A stretch of 64,000 nucleotides of DNA. Source: Podarcis pityusensis. Its lineage: Eukaryota. This document shows, one piece after another, positions 37,436 through 51,124 of this stretch. The stretch is taken from the NCBI GenBank assembly GCA_964106645.2, contig OZ067047.1; one strand, written 5' to 3'. The notes under the pieces are model-generated. The model was given only the letters and a program-made list of their open reading frames with translations. It had not been told where the DNA came from and did no database searches. The position numbers and the translations under genes were made by a program. Each line of letters opens with the position of its first letter. The stretch's first letter is position 1.

Positions 37436-40400
37436 TACAACTATTTGGTGTCCACAACCAGGTAGGTGGAGGGTTCAAGTCCTAACCAACATAAATGGAC
37501 AAACAACAAGAGTTAATTAGTGAATGGATTGATATAAATAGTTAGACAATTAAGGGAACACAATATCTAACTGATTAAGTCAGAAGGTAACATTTCATGT
37601 GCACTATTGTGTTCCCTCACAGTCTGCTTAATGGCTGTATGGTTTGCATTTAGAGGCCACAGTTTCACTTTGTGTACTCAGTTTGGTGCTTCTGAACTCA
37701 TATGAAATTGTTATGGGTTCAAAAAGAGAGATAATCCCATATGTTGTTTATAATGCAAAAAAAACCTTTTATAATTAAGTTTTTGAGATCACTTTTACAT
37801 GTCAGATTACAAAATACCAGCTCAAGAGACCCAGATTTAGGCCAAGCCCCACTCCTGACACGCATCAGAGTAGCAAGGGAAAAAATCCAAGGTGTTTCCT
37901 CAAAACCAGTTTAACAATTAGCCTCATTCTGAACCAATCAAAATTTGGTTCTCATGTGAGCTCTATTCTGCCTGATTCCCCAAAACACCTAAGCTGCAGC
38001 AACTCTTTGGAAAGGTACATTTCCAAAGGGCCACCAAGCTCCAAAGAGAGAAAGACTTCTCTCTCTCTCCCTTTTCTTGCAACGGATGTGATATTGCTTT
38101 TTCCATTACTGGTACAGTCAGATATGCACACACTGCAGTCCTGTAATAAGGAAGGTGTTTGAGAAACAGAATACATTGATTATTTAATAACAATTACAGA
38201 AATGAAATAACTGTCTTAAATCAGTAAGTCCTTATTCTACATTCGATTTGTGAACAAGGTATTCTCGGTCACAATTTTTCAACTAGCAGTGCATTGCCAG
38301 CTGTAAGCTTCAAGCCACATTCTCCAAATACACAAGTGGATTCCTATGAGTTATGTTGCTGTATCTTTATTATTATCATTCTAACTTGCCCAGCCATAAC
38401 CTCAATACTCTTAGGAGCATATATGGATTGCCATAATTAAAAATGTGGCAGGTATTAATGAGAAATCCTAATGTCTTCTGTATTTCAAGAATTTGGACCT
38501 TTATTTCTAGAGAAACACATTTCTCCGTGAAAAAGAAAGGAAATAGAATAAGGGTTCCTTTTTAAATAAAAAAACAGAGATATAGTTAAAAATTTAGGCA
38601 GCAAAAAGGAACAGCAATTAATTCAATAAGGAAAAAGGGAAAGTGGCTGATTACAGTCATGGGGTAACCTTGTCGGACAATTAGTGTAAAACATCCTAAG
38701 GACAAGCTAACTAACTGTTAAGAGAACTGGGATGTGCAAATTACATAGTCCAATCAGAGTCAGTCAATAAATAAATGTCTGTGTTAGGGGTATTGTAAGT
38801 TGAGTGGTTAGCGGGCATAACAACCAATCATTATGCACATTCACCAGGATTCATGGGGGATATACACATAATGTGTCCATGAAGAGCGGTGCACCTTTCC
38901 CAGTCATTATGCACAATCTCCAACAAGCTTTAGGAAATGTGCAATCTGCCCCCACCAGGCTGCTCCTGGATCTCTGCCTAATCTTACATGGCCCATTACA
39001 CATTCTCCCACTAATCAGCTGAGCAGCTGAAAGATGAGCTGGGGCTCCAGATAAATATTAATGCTTTTTATGCAGTCCAGCCTCCTTTTCACCACTCTCA
39101 ACCTTTCACAGGCAGCTGAGCAGCACAAGGGGGATAGGAATGGTTTTAAACCTTCCCACCCTGTCCCACAATCCTGATTGAAATTGCTTCTCTTGCTGCT
39201 CTTACGATTAGAGAAAAGAGTGGCGGAAATATCTGGTCCCACCCTCTGCCATTTCTGGCCCTGTCCACTGTTGACGGATTACCTCCAAGATCATTCAGTT
39301 CTCAGTGGGGAAAAAGGCTTGCGCACTCTTTCTCTCATTGCTGCAATCTTTTCGAGGCTCAAGGGCTGGATGTTGGCAGGTCAAGAACATAAGCTATGGG
39401 CATAGTCTAAACCTTGGAAGAAGAACATCAGAGCATCAGGACTACATGCATAACCCTGCTGCTCAGTGCAAAAGGCAAGGGAGCAGGCAAATTGTTCTCC
39501 AAGGCTTGTTGGAGATCACGCATAATGACCAGAGAATGTACAAAATTAAGTCAACATACGCACATTCACCTAGGCCTGTTGGATACTGACCAGGAAATGT
39601 GCACAATTTCCTCTTTTTGGATGGATTATGTGCACATTCTCCCTGAGCCTTATGAATGTGCACAATGGTTGGTTATAATGCACATTAAATGCTCAGCTTA
39701 CACTACTCGTAATAAATATCTACATTCATGCGCACGCACAGTGCATCTGATTAGAATGTGATCTTCCATCATAGAAGTTAAGTGGAAACCAAGAAGTCAT
39801 AATATAATTTTTAAAACTGGGATTCCTTGCTTGTTGCACTTGCTGATTAAGCTAGTACATAATCAGAGCTTCCCAAATGTTATCAATCTACCGTCATTTG
39901 GAAAGTTGCTTGGGAGACTTCCAATTATATACCCAACTTCAATGCTGTACATAATTGGTTAATAATGTCTTTAGGCAGGAATCCAGGGAAATTAAGTTCA
40001 AATTCATGAATTAGCACAGCTATTGGAGGTATGTATCTATGGTCTAATGTGAACAAGTTCTTGGCAGTGATCAACAACCATTTTTCAGAACACTGGCAAT
40101 GTCGGACATTCATCTACCCAATGCAAAAGTATGATCCAAACTATCTACATACAATACCAGTTATAGTTTGGATGTATTAGGTGAAGGATGAATATATATT
40201 TTGCTGAAAACTTTCTCCTTCCATTACATTTGTTTTGATTAGTGAGGTTGGGGAAAAGGTTTAGATACAATGCACTAAAATAAATCATTATATTTATTTT
40301 AAAAATGAGTTGAATCAAGGCACACAGAGTCACATACTGTGTTCAGCTGCATTTCGTTTGTGTGTGTGTAAAAGTATTTTGTTTCTTTTGGGGCTCCTGG

Positions 40401-42368
40401 TCTCTTTCCATTTCTATCTCCATTGTTGTCTGTTAACTGCCAAACACTGATATGCAGAAAATGTTAAAACAAAAACCAGACTCAAAAATCTCCTATATGT
40501 GGCAGGGGTCTGGGCACACATTGCTGAAGCAAGAATCTGCCCTGCTGAACAGATGGCATTGCATGATTGAACAGCTACAGTTCAACTCAGTTCAGTTTGT
40601 TAATTACCTTTGGAAATACCAATAACAAATATTGTGAGTACAAAAACAGCAAATTCATCCTGATACAACCGGGAGGCAGAGAGACTGAGACACGGAGAGG
40701 GAAACATTCAAAAATAAATAAAACATTCAAACCATAAAAGCTTTCGATAGTTTAGTTGGGTGCTTTCTTCTTTTTACAAAATTCCCGGCTGCCAGTGCAT
40801 ATAAGGCTACAGCCTTAATAATGCCTGGCAATTTGAAACTAAGCAAGAATGCTAATTTAGGAAGAACAGCATATACAGCAAAGGATCTAAAATTGTCTTC
40901 AAGTGTTTTATTTAAGCGAAACGTACAATAATGTTAAAATCAACCTAAGATGAAATAGCTCTTCTTCATGAACTGCACGCACAGACACACAAATAACTCA
41001 ATTTGCAGAGCACTTGTTGACACTGCCTGATATCTTAAGAAACAAAAAGGCAGTTAGCCACTTTGACCACTTCTTGAGTTTAGGGAGAGGGGTGACCAGA
41101 ATAGTCCTTACATCTGCCAAATTATTACTGGTGTTGTCAGTGGCAGCAAACATCTATTTGGGGGTGACACAACCTGCTGGGCCTGATTTATTTCCTTGCA
41201 GAGCACCTTTCTTGTGCTTACAAATCAGTTCCCAAAGGATGATCTTTGCAACTCCTGCATCCTCCCGCGCCATCAAAGCACATCTCTGCGCACACTTCAA
41301 CCTCTCTGGATCACAGTAAATGTCTTGCAGGTGACAGGTTCAGCTTGCAAACATCTGATATTATTCATTATGTAACATGGAATTCTTCCTGAAAGGTTAA
41401 AGCATCTCTATGACATTATCCCTGTTCAGAATCTCACTGTTGGTCTACCTCTAGCCCAATGGAACTTTCAAAGCAGCAGCTATGTGGCATTTCTTCTTTT
41501 CAAAACTTACTTATTTTTGGTTTAGAAACCTGGCTGATAGCGCATACTGATAAGGTAGCAATGAAATGTAATGAGCATCAAGTATAGCAAAAGACAGGAT
41601 TTTTTATGCACACAAAATCAATTCCTTTTAAAATGTTTTCTTTCTGTTAACAATGTTTGTACAGAGAAGACACTATTGAATCCTCAAAAGTGTTCAGTGC
41701 TTTTCCAATGCACAGAGCAGTCATCTATGCACTGTCATTTATTTATTTATTTATTTATTTATTTATTTCTATTAATGTTGGGCAGGGCAAAGAAATCATG
41801 TTTCTTAGACTGCCAGGCTGGGCTTTCTACACAGAATGATAATGAATAATAATCATCAAATAATCTTAATTAATAAATAAGATTAATAATAATATTGATA
41901 AAGAAATAAAATCCTAGTAGCAGTTGCAGAACCAGCAATTCAGAAGCAATTGTTTTACATGTCCAACTCCAAAACATTTAGTTGGGTTTGATATGGCAAA
42001 AATCTGAAAGACTGCAATGTCTTGCATCCTTACTTTGAAGTAAGCTCTGCTGAACTCAGTGTGACTGACCTTTGAGTATAGCTGCACCAGGATAGCATGC
42101 ACATCAATACTTTAAAGTCCAATGCTACCCTGCTACAGAAGCCTGCATGACCACATTATGGGTGATATTCCTCCTGGATAGCATAAGGGTTCTGTTTAGA
42201 TATAAACCCTCTGACCAGGTGTTTGTGGCAGCAGTTCCATTGCCAGAAGGCAAGGAGGAACCCTTACTCTTGGGAATTTTTGTGGGACCTCAGCTTGATC
42301 CCCAGCTTGGAGTCTCCTCCCTCCAGACAGCAGGTGATGTTTCCTTTTGAAGCAAGGTTTGTCACCAC

Positions 42369-42622
42369 CAGTGTGGTGGTGTGGTTAAGAGCGGTGGACT
42401 TGTAATCTGGTGAACCGGGTTCGCTTCTCTGCTCCTCCACATGCAGCTGGTGGGTGACCTTGGGCTAGTCACACTTCTCTGAAGTCTCTCAGCCTCACTC
42501 ACCTCACAGAGTGTTTGTTGTGGGGGAGGAAAGGAAAGGAGATTGTTAGCCGCTTTGAGACTCCTTTGGGTAGTGATAAAGCAGGATATCAAATCCAAAC
42601 TCCTCCTCTTCTTCTTCTTCTT
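42369..42622 (+). mobile_element. Squam3-type tRNA-derived SINE with (CTT)n tail
   Basis: A-box-like tggtgtggttaa and B-box-like ggttcgcttc; near-identical inverted copy at 44827-45138. Confidence 0.88.
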
Positions 42623-44826
42623 TTGATTCAGGGGCCCCAGAATGACTTCCACTAATAACAAGACAGTTATCTTCTGCCTGCCTTATGATGGATGACCAGA
42701 GCTGTATCTGTCTGCCCATTCTAAGCACTTAACTACATGTGACACAAAATGTACCACACATACATTTTTCCAGAAAGAAATGCCCTCCTGTGCTGCAATT
42801 GGTAGCAGAAAAGGGGCCCATTACCAACAGGAACTTCTGTTGCAGCAGGACAGCATAGTGGGGAGGGTTACATTCCCTTCACATGTGTTGTGGTCCACAT
42901 TCAAAACAGATGCACACCAAAAGCTTACTATTAAAATTTAAAAACATCACATGGTACTGCAGGCAGAGTTGGGTCACCAGATGAAGGAGAGGATTATAGC
43001 CCTGAACTTCTTCACTTGTTATCATATATGGGGTGGGAAGAGTAATTACAACAATGGCTGCCTGTTTTGCTTCTAGAAGTCTCATCCAAGCTCCCAGTCC
43101 CAGCCATAGGGATGGAGACAGAATGCAATGCCAGAAAAGGAGATGCTAAAATACAGGGCCATGGAAGGAGCACAGCGAATGACAAGGAAGCAACTCACCT
43201 CCTCATTTCTTCCCTCTTGGAATCCCTGACAAGCAGTCTTCATTCTCTCTCTTTCCTATCCACCCAACAGCCTCATACCTCTTCCATTTTAACTCCTCCT
43301 TAACAGCTTAAAGCCTGTCTGTAAGGGATGGGGGAATTAAGGAACTGGCCCACCAACCAGATCCAGTTCCTCTTCTACAAATTAGGGTGTGTTTGCATTT
43401 CTAACCTAAATCACTTTTGCCACAGCTGCTCCTGACTCTGTCCTGGTGACCCCTCTAGGTATTAAAGTTCTGATAGAAGAGTAGAGCATCTAACGTGTCC
43501 CTCACAAACTCCTCAGTGTTGAAATATGTGATAAAGTTGCTGCTGCATTAAAAGGATGCTGGGCTCTCCCAGAAATAAAGTTACTGAAATAATGTCTCAG
43601 GGCTGAAACTTTAAAACTGATTCATATAACCATATGTAAATAGCACCACTCTCACAAATGACATACCAAAAATGCCACTATTTCTATCGGACTAGACTAA
43701 TAGTGGTCTTAAACTGGGGACTGATTGAATATTGGGTGTGTGTATGTGTGATCACTTTGTTATGTTCACTTATTGGTTTTACCTTATTCCATAGTATTTT
43801 ACAAGCTAACAAAACTGAAGCCAAAACATTTCCCAAGACATTGATTTTTAGCACATTCGTTTCATTATTACAGCTGACAGCATGATATTTTCTTCCAAAG
43901 GAGAGAGAGAGAGAAATCCCGCTTTCTCTCCACTCGCTTCCCTAATCAACCAAAAAGGTTTCTGTTTAACCTGCCGGCAAAGTAGCAATTTTCATTTATT
44001 AAAACATTCTTTTTGGTACTTATCAATGGACGTGGAAAGCTGAAGAACCACTTCCCTTTACCCTGAAGCTATCCCTGCCATCTTCATTATGCCCCAGCTT
44101 CAAACTTTCCTTACAGTACTCAGCATTGAGTGTGTCAGGAGCAGAGACCCATCTAATTTGCAATTAAAACTAAGGGTCCTACATGGAAAGTTTAGGAAGG
44201 TGACAGGAATAGTAGATATATTTAGAATAATACATTTTGCAAGTTTGCCTCAAAACAGCAAGCTATATGTACATTTCAATTTTGGGCATAAATCTCAGCA
44301 TAAGCTGTTGGATTTCTACTCTGCAGCCCAAACATACCTTCTTGATGTTTGATTTGTGGTACATGTTGAGGCAGCTTTTAATTTTAGTGGCAGTTCAAAA
44401 GGTGCTGCCCTTCTGTTGTGCTGCTTCTTGAGCAAGGCTTAATGTCTCCTAAAGCAGAACAACTAAGCTGGGAGAAAACCATTGTCCAATGTCTCCTGCC
44501 TTTCTTCCATGGCAGAGTAATAAGGACATAATTGCTAGAACCCATGCTTGCCTCGTTATGTCATTATTACTCTTCCATGTAAGAAAGGCAGGAAATATAG
44601 GACGATTCACTTGCCTTATACCAAGTGAAACCATAGGGTCTATCTAACTCAGCAACGTCCAAACTAATTGGCAGTGGCTCTCCAGGCTTTCAGAAAGGGT
44701 TTTCTCCCAGGCCTATGTGGAGGTCCCAGGGGTTGACCTTGGGATTAGCTACAGCCCTACCTGAATGCTGATCTACAATGATGTTCCTGTGCATTGACTG
44801 CAATGCTAGATACAGATACTATACTA

Positions 44827-45138
44827 GAAGAAGAAGAAAAAGAAGAAGAAGAAGAAGAAGAAGAAGAAGAAGAAGAAGAAGAAGAAGAAGAACTGGAAGA
44901 GGAGGAGGAGTTTGGATTTGATATCCCGCTTTATCACTACCCAAAGGAGTCTCAAAGCGGTCAACAATCTCCTTTCCCTTCCTCCCCCACAACAAACACT
45001 CTGTGAGGTGAGTGAGGCTGAGAGACTTCAGAGAAGTGTGACTAGCCTAAGGTCACCCAGCAGCTGCATGTGGAGGAGCGGAGACGCGAACCCGGTTCAC
45101 CAGATACGAGTCTACTGCTCTTAACCACTACACCACAC
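44827..45138 (-). mobile_element. Squam3-type SINE with expanded (GAA)n tail
   Basis: Reverse complement of 42369-42622; (GAA)n run at about 44827-44892. Confidence 0.88.
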
Positions 45139-45184
45139 ATCAGTTTGGGAGAACTTGAAAGCTTGCTTGCCATTTTGTGACTGG

Positions 45185-45370
45185 AACATAGGAAAGAAAC
45201 ATAAGACACTGAGTAAAGGCTCAGCTTCCTCAGTATTGCTTAAACTGACTGGCAGCAGCGCTCCAGGGTTTTAGGCAGAGTCTCTCCCAGCCCTACCTGG
45301 CAATGTCTGGGGTTGAACTTGGGACCTTTGGTATACAAATCAGATGCTGTAGCACTGAGCTACAGCCCTA
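45185..45370 (-). mobile_element. Old tRNA-derived SINE (related copies near 44610-44760, 5968-6415, 32900-32990)
   Basis: Recurrent ctccaggg…tctcccagccctacctgg…gggttgaacttgggacc…actgagctacagccc. Confidence 0.55.
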
Positions 45371-46862
45371 CCCCACACTTTGTCTAATAAAGGCATTTCT
45401 CAGTTGTTGGATTTTGATGTTTTCCTAATGAACCAATATAGCTTTCTCTGCTTTCTTTTTTTTAGGGGGGTGGGTTTGCTGTATACCTGGGGCAATGTGA
45501 TGACTGTCCAGTGCATACAATCTGGGTCTAATAATATGTCCCTGGGTATGATGTAAACCACCCTGTGATCTTCAGATGAAGCACAGTATATAAATTTAAT
45601 TAATAATAGGTAGTTGTCAAATAGTAGAAGTGAATTCAAATACAATAAGGAAGTATTTCCTAAAGATCAAAGAAAAAGGAATATGCATAATCTAGTAAGG
45701 CTCAAAGCTTGCATCATGAAAGTTGTATCCCACAGCGCAGTCAAAGGTGCTACAAGCCGGTGGTATTAAGGACAGAAAAGTGACTTGCATACATTCTTTT
45801 CAAATTCAATCAGGCTACATAATCCTCCACTCGGCTGCAACAAAATACATTTAACTGATTTCAGAAGGAATTATGAACACAGAAGAGGGCAAAGCATCAC
45901 AGCATAAAAACTGAGTAGATGCATGCTCAGTCCAATTGATTTAGATGGGTTTTGCACATCATAACCATGTAAAGCTAACAACAATAGGCAGTATCAGTTA
46001 ATAAATGCTGATGCCAAGCCATCAATCTAGCCAATGCCCAGGGGAGCCAGAAAAATGTGTGCAAATCCATAGATGGTGAAGCTCAGAAAGACCATAATAA
46101 ATGCTGAAACATGAGACGCTGGGATTGAGCAGGTGAAATCATTTCTACTGAACCCGGTGCTCAGCATGTTTTATTAACTAAGCTTTACTGAGAAATCAAA
46201 CAAGAGTTTCAGTTGTTTGTGGTCATTAGAACATCTCTGTACTTTGTGTATGCACACACACGACCACAGAAAAACAGGCTTAGGTAAATAGTAAATTAAT
46301 GTTTCCTTAAAAGCCCCCAATGATAAAATGATCACAGAATTCTACAGCTGCAGGCTTATACAGTGTTCTGTCTGGGCAAGTTAGGCAGAATTGTGTAGTT
46401 CTGCACTACCTGCCTTAAAAGAAAAAGTCCTTCTGTCACACTAATCTCCCAATGCAAATATTTTCCAATATTACCCATTAGGGAGTTGCTCCTGTGGCCT
46501 ACGAGATGCCATGCAACAAACCATGCTCCACTCTGCCCTTTCCTTCCCTTCTTTCCTCACAAGCTAATATCTCTGCAGGAAGGTTATAAATTGGTACAAA
46601 AGCACTTCTGCTGCCCCAACAAGCAGAAGGGAGCCAAGTTATTTTCTTATACGAGAGTTTTCCATATGGGATACATAGGGCTTGCACTTTTGTTTCCACT
46701 TCAATGTCTTTTACACAACTATTTGTAAGTACCGTACTTGGATACAATATCAAAGTACATGTAAGTGTTACACAGAATGTTCCTAACTCTTCTTTATGCT
46801 AGAGTTGTGCCTTAAGATCAACAATTGGCACCCAGTTAAGTCTTGCTACAGCCTGATGAGTA

Positions 46863-47083
46863 CAGTGGTACCTCGGGTTGCATACGCTTCAGGTTACAGA
46901 CTACGCTAACCCAGAAATAGTACCTCGGGTTAAGAACTTTGCTTCAGGATGAGAACAGAAATCGTGCTCCGGCGGCAGCAGGAGGAGGCCCCATTAGCTA
47001 AAGTGGTGCTTCAGGTTAAGAACAATTTCAGGTTAAGAACAGACCTCCAGAACGAATTAAGTTATTAACCCGAGGTACCACTG
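46863..47083. mobile_element. Complete Tc1/mariner (Tigger-like) MITE, 221 bp
   Basis: Perfect 17-bp TIR CAGTGGTACCTCGGGTT; TA TSD on both sides. Confidence 0.95.
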
Positions 47084-47198
47084 TATAGGCTTTTTGTGAC
47101 CCAGAGGCAGGCTTTTCCATAGGTAGCACTATTGGTAGCTGAAATCCAAGAAGCCTGACCGTACTGGCATTCAACCAGCTTTTGAAAATGCACAGCCA

Positions 47199-47917
47199 TT
47201 GCAGGTCAAGGCCCTGAGTCCTCCCCCATTTCTTGGACAATAAAACATACAGACACCAAAATTTGGGTTAATGGGATAAATAATGGGTTAATGAGACAAC
47301 TTTATTGGTTACAGATGTGAGCGGTATTGGCTTAGGCATTGGAATTGAACTGACTATATCTGACTCCTGCCCACCATGCAGGTAGTCTGGTAAGGGTCAA
47401 CCACCAGTAGAGGGAGCCCTGTTGATGTACATCAACTGCGAGCTCCCCCCAGGATCCCCGATGGGGTTGTGGCTTTGGACAAGATCCACACACCCAGATC
47501 CCTTTAATGGAATACCCTTAAAGAGGAGGGGCAGGTGAAGGCCACCACCTCCCCTCCTATAAACCAGGTTTTACCAATGCCTAACCACCACTCGAGCCAA
47601 ACAGCTCGCCAGCAACACCCTCACACCTGCAACCAACACCTAATGCCCTCAATTATATCGGCCAACCAGACATTGTTTCCCCAATCGGAAAGATGAACAC
47701 CGAGGAAGGAAGAGGCAAGAAGGTAGAGACCCCCAGCCACACGGCCATTTCAATGGCACAAGCCACGAGCCCCGGCCAGCCGGATTGGTCAGCTGGGGGC
47801 TGGGACGCGGCTGGGACTTCTTGTGACGCGGGCAGCATCACCCCCCCCCCCCGCTGTACATGGGGAGAGCACATGGCCTGCCTGCAACCCCGCCCCCCAG
47901 GGAAGGGGAGCGGCCTT
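47199..47917 (-). mobile_element. GC-rich non-coding element with asymmetric inverted repeats (probable DIRS/Ngaro tyrosine-recombinase retrotransposon remnant)
   Basis: IR 47199-47229 vs 47860-47887; terminal hairpin 47890-47913; AATAAAGTTG on the minus strand; motifs shared with 51780-52640. Confidence 0.55.
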
Positions 47918-48050
47918 CTCCTGATCTCTCGACCTAAGACTCCCATTTTACTTTCTCTGTTTTACTGTGTGTTTTAACTATGGGTGCTTATAAAATTGGT
48001 TTTTATGCTTTGTAGACTGTTTAGAAGCAAATTTTTGCATAAAGCAGCAA

Positions 48051-48052
<2 letters not shown>

Positions 48053-48087
<35 letters not shown>
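48053..48087. repeat. (AAT)n microsatellite
   Basis: Seen directly. Confidence 0.95.
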
Positions 48088-48259
48088 TCATCATCAAACA
48101 AAAAACTGCACTGAGAATGCTCCTGTACTATCAAGGAGGTCCCCACAGACTCCCAAGGTCAAAATAACCATTACAGCCAACACCCTTTATGATCAATTAC
48201 TTTGTGTGTTAGGCTTTCTTGCATAAAACAGTCCTTTAGGCAAGTTCATGCTATTATGC

Positions 48260-48395
48260 CAGGTGTGAAGAAACTGTGGCCCTCCAGATATCATTGGACC
48301 CCAACTCCCATCAGCCCCAGCCAGCAGAACCAGCTTAGGGATGATGAGAATTGCAGTCCACCAACATCTGGAGGGCCAGAAGTTCCCCATTCCTG
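48260..48395. mobile_element. hAT MITE, 136 bp
   Basis: cagg…cctg termini; TSD tattatgc / cattatgc. Confidence 0.85.
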
Positions 48396-51004
48396 CATTA
48401 TGCTATTAATGTGATAACTGCAATTATCAATTGAAAATGTTGTAATCCTATGCACACTACAGAATAAGCCCAACTGAACATAGCAGACCTCATTTTTGAG
48501 TATACATGAATAAAATTAGTATGCATAAATTTTATGTTTGTTTGAGGTACTGCAGCATCAGATCAGCTATTAGCCATCTCTCTGGGCCACAAAATTTCAT
48601 ATCTGACTATTGGTCAAAAACAGATGTTGCTCTCCAGAAGTTGCTGAGTTCAAAAATCTAATGATCCCTGACCATTGACCATGCAGCTTGGGATAATTGG
48701 AGCTCTGGAAGGCATAAAGTTGTAGGAAAGCAGGGGTGACAGACCTTGACTTGCAGAATGCAATATCTGCGCTGTTCTCTTGATGTAAGTACACTTCTGA
48801 AATGTGCAGCTGCATTCCGTAAGAGTCAGTTGATCACTCCTGAGCTCTGCTTCCAGCCATGTGCTTCTGATTTAGCAAGAAAGCTCCCAATCCTGATCCG
48901 CAATAATGATCAGTAATCTATATCAAGTTCCATTGGAATCTGTGATTGCCTCCTCAACAGGAGCAAAGCTGGTAGATGATCAGCTTCTTAGGGTTTGGGC
49001 GATCACCTGTCACATGAAGGGCATCACTTCGTGTGAATGTGTCAGCTCATCCTCAGTTACTCTGTTCCTTCTTGACAGCTTTTCTTCTGGGTTCCTGTTT
49101 GCTAAGAGATCAGGCTTAAAACGGGCCGTATCAAAGCCACAAATGAATGAAGGTAATTGAAGAGTACGCGTTGCATGCATGAAACTAGAAATTTGGCAGC
49201 CGCTGGCTCTCCTGCCACAGCACAGGAGTAAACAAAACTACAGCTAATTTCTTTATCCTTTCCAAAAAGTACAGTTTTAAAACATACTCAACCCTTTAGG
49301 AGAGGCTGTTCTATAAATAAATAAAAGCACACATCACTCTCCTGTCTCGTAAATACTGTATCTGTCACTCAAACAGATGCCAATGAGCACAGTATCGCCT
49401 GAGCAGTTCCATTTTCATTCTGCTGAAATGATGCAGCTGTGGTAGGTGCACAGGAAAACACAGGCTTGATTGACAGATGTTCATACTACTGCGGGAATGT
49501 GCTCACCTTCCTGTGTTCTTAGGGTGAGATTCTGCCCAAAGATTACACTTAGCTTTCACATTCCCTTTACAGAAAGTGTTTTTAATCATACAGAAACACT
49601 TTAAGATAATGGATATGAAGCTTCCTCATAATGTCAGTAGCAAAGGTCAAACTGATAAAGGAAAGCAGGATTCACACCTTTAGGAAATAAATCACTGGTG
49701 TCAGGTAGTGGAATAGAAGATTATAAGAGCTAGAGGAGGCATCAAACTGTGGAGCAAAAGTATCACATGGTCCACATTTGTCAGGTTTAGATATATATAT
49801 ATACATATATAGGAACTAGCAACATGGGTGAAAAGAAGTCAAAAGCAGGCTAACAAAGTGCTTTAAAACTTTGTAACTAAAGCATATGTAATCTTCCTCA
49901 GAAGATCTTCTGTTGAGATTTTCAAAATAATTATTTTCATTACTTATTACATTTATTGACTTATACGGGATATTTTGATACATTCCCAAAAAGTTCCTGT
50001 CTAAAGGCAGGGGGTAGGATCAGATGATCCATTGCAATTCTGATTCTCTGTGAAGGCCCAGGCAAAGGTAGATTCACAAACTATTTTATATTCCTTTCCA
50101 GCTAAAGAACTTGATTGCATACAGCCAGCAGATCTCTAATAGGAAAAAAAAAATCAATTTCCTCAGAAGCTACATTGTCTGATGGAAGAGATATATCAAA
50201 ACGCAAGCGTCATGTTGGTACCTGCTTTGTGTCTGTCAACAAAAAAAGGCATGTGTTTCTTTTGAAAACAAATATTTTGTGGCCAGAACAACCTAGTTAA
50301 AATTTCACCACCTATTACTGGAAAGCCCAGACTGGGTTTTTCATCCGGAATTTATCTCTGGATGGAACTGGCACACTCCTGAGCTTGTGTGGGCATGCAC
50401 AAGGAGTCCAGCTCCATACCCACCCAGATAGGCAGAAACCTTCCTCGGAGCTGCAAGTAAATGCATCTTCCAAGCTGTCTCCAAGTGCAGCCCCATGCAG
50501 AGCATACTGCAATAGTTAAATCTGCAGTTAACAGAGCTTGGATCACTGTGGCCAACTTAGCCCTATACAGGACAGGCTAGCTAACCAGCTAAAGATGGAA
50601 ATAGGCACTCCAAGCAACCGAAACCGTCAATGCCTCAAGCAACATAGATGGATCAAAGCTACACACCTGTTCCTTCCTGGGGAGAGCAACCCCATACAAA
50701 AGTGCCCTTCTACCTACTTCTCAGGCTCAAGATGCAGCACATCTTGTTCAGATTCAGTTTAAATTTATTAGCCGACATCCAGCCATTACCATCTCCAAGC
50801 ACCTTGCAAGCACCCGATTCTCCTGCTTTTATTCAGATGGAATGGGTGTCATCGACATACTGATGGCACATTACTCTCAATCCACTCTCAATTTTACCCA
50901 TGGACTGCCATCTGTCCAGATTTTAATTTGCTCTGAACTAATTTTAAGATGTATTTTAATTAATTGATTTCCTGTTTTATGTTCTTATGTTCTTTGTATA
51001 CTGT

Positions 51005-51124
51005 TACAGGTAGGTAGCCGTGTTGATCTGCCGTAGTCGAAGTAGTGTGCATGCACACGAAAGCTCATACCAATAACAAACTTAGTTGGTCTCTAAGGTG
51101 CTACTGGAAGGATTTTTTTTATTT
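51005..51124. mobile_element. Penelope-like element terminal remnant, internally inverted, with degenerate minimal hammerhead
   Basis: 12-bp TSD tttgtatactgt (50993-51004, 51125-51136); gtgtgcatgcacac-gaaa-gctc-atac followed by ttagttggtctctaaggtgctac. Confidence 0.75.

Noticed and set aside
44794-45006. Poly-Glu ORF
   Set aside because: Translation of the (GAA)n SINE tail.
49015-49185. Short minus-strand ORF (MHATRTLQLPSF…, about 56 aa) and plus-strand ORF 48906-49160
   Set aside because: No recognisable homology and no convincing splice sites.
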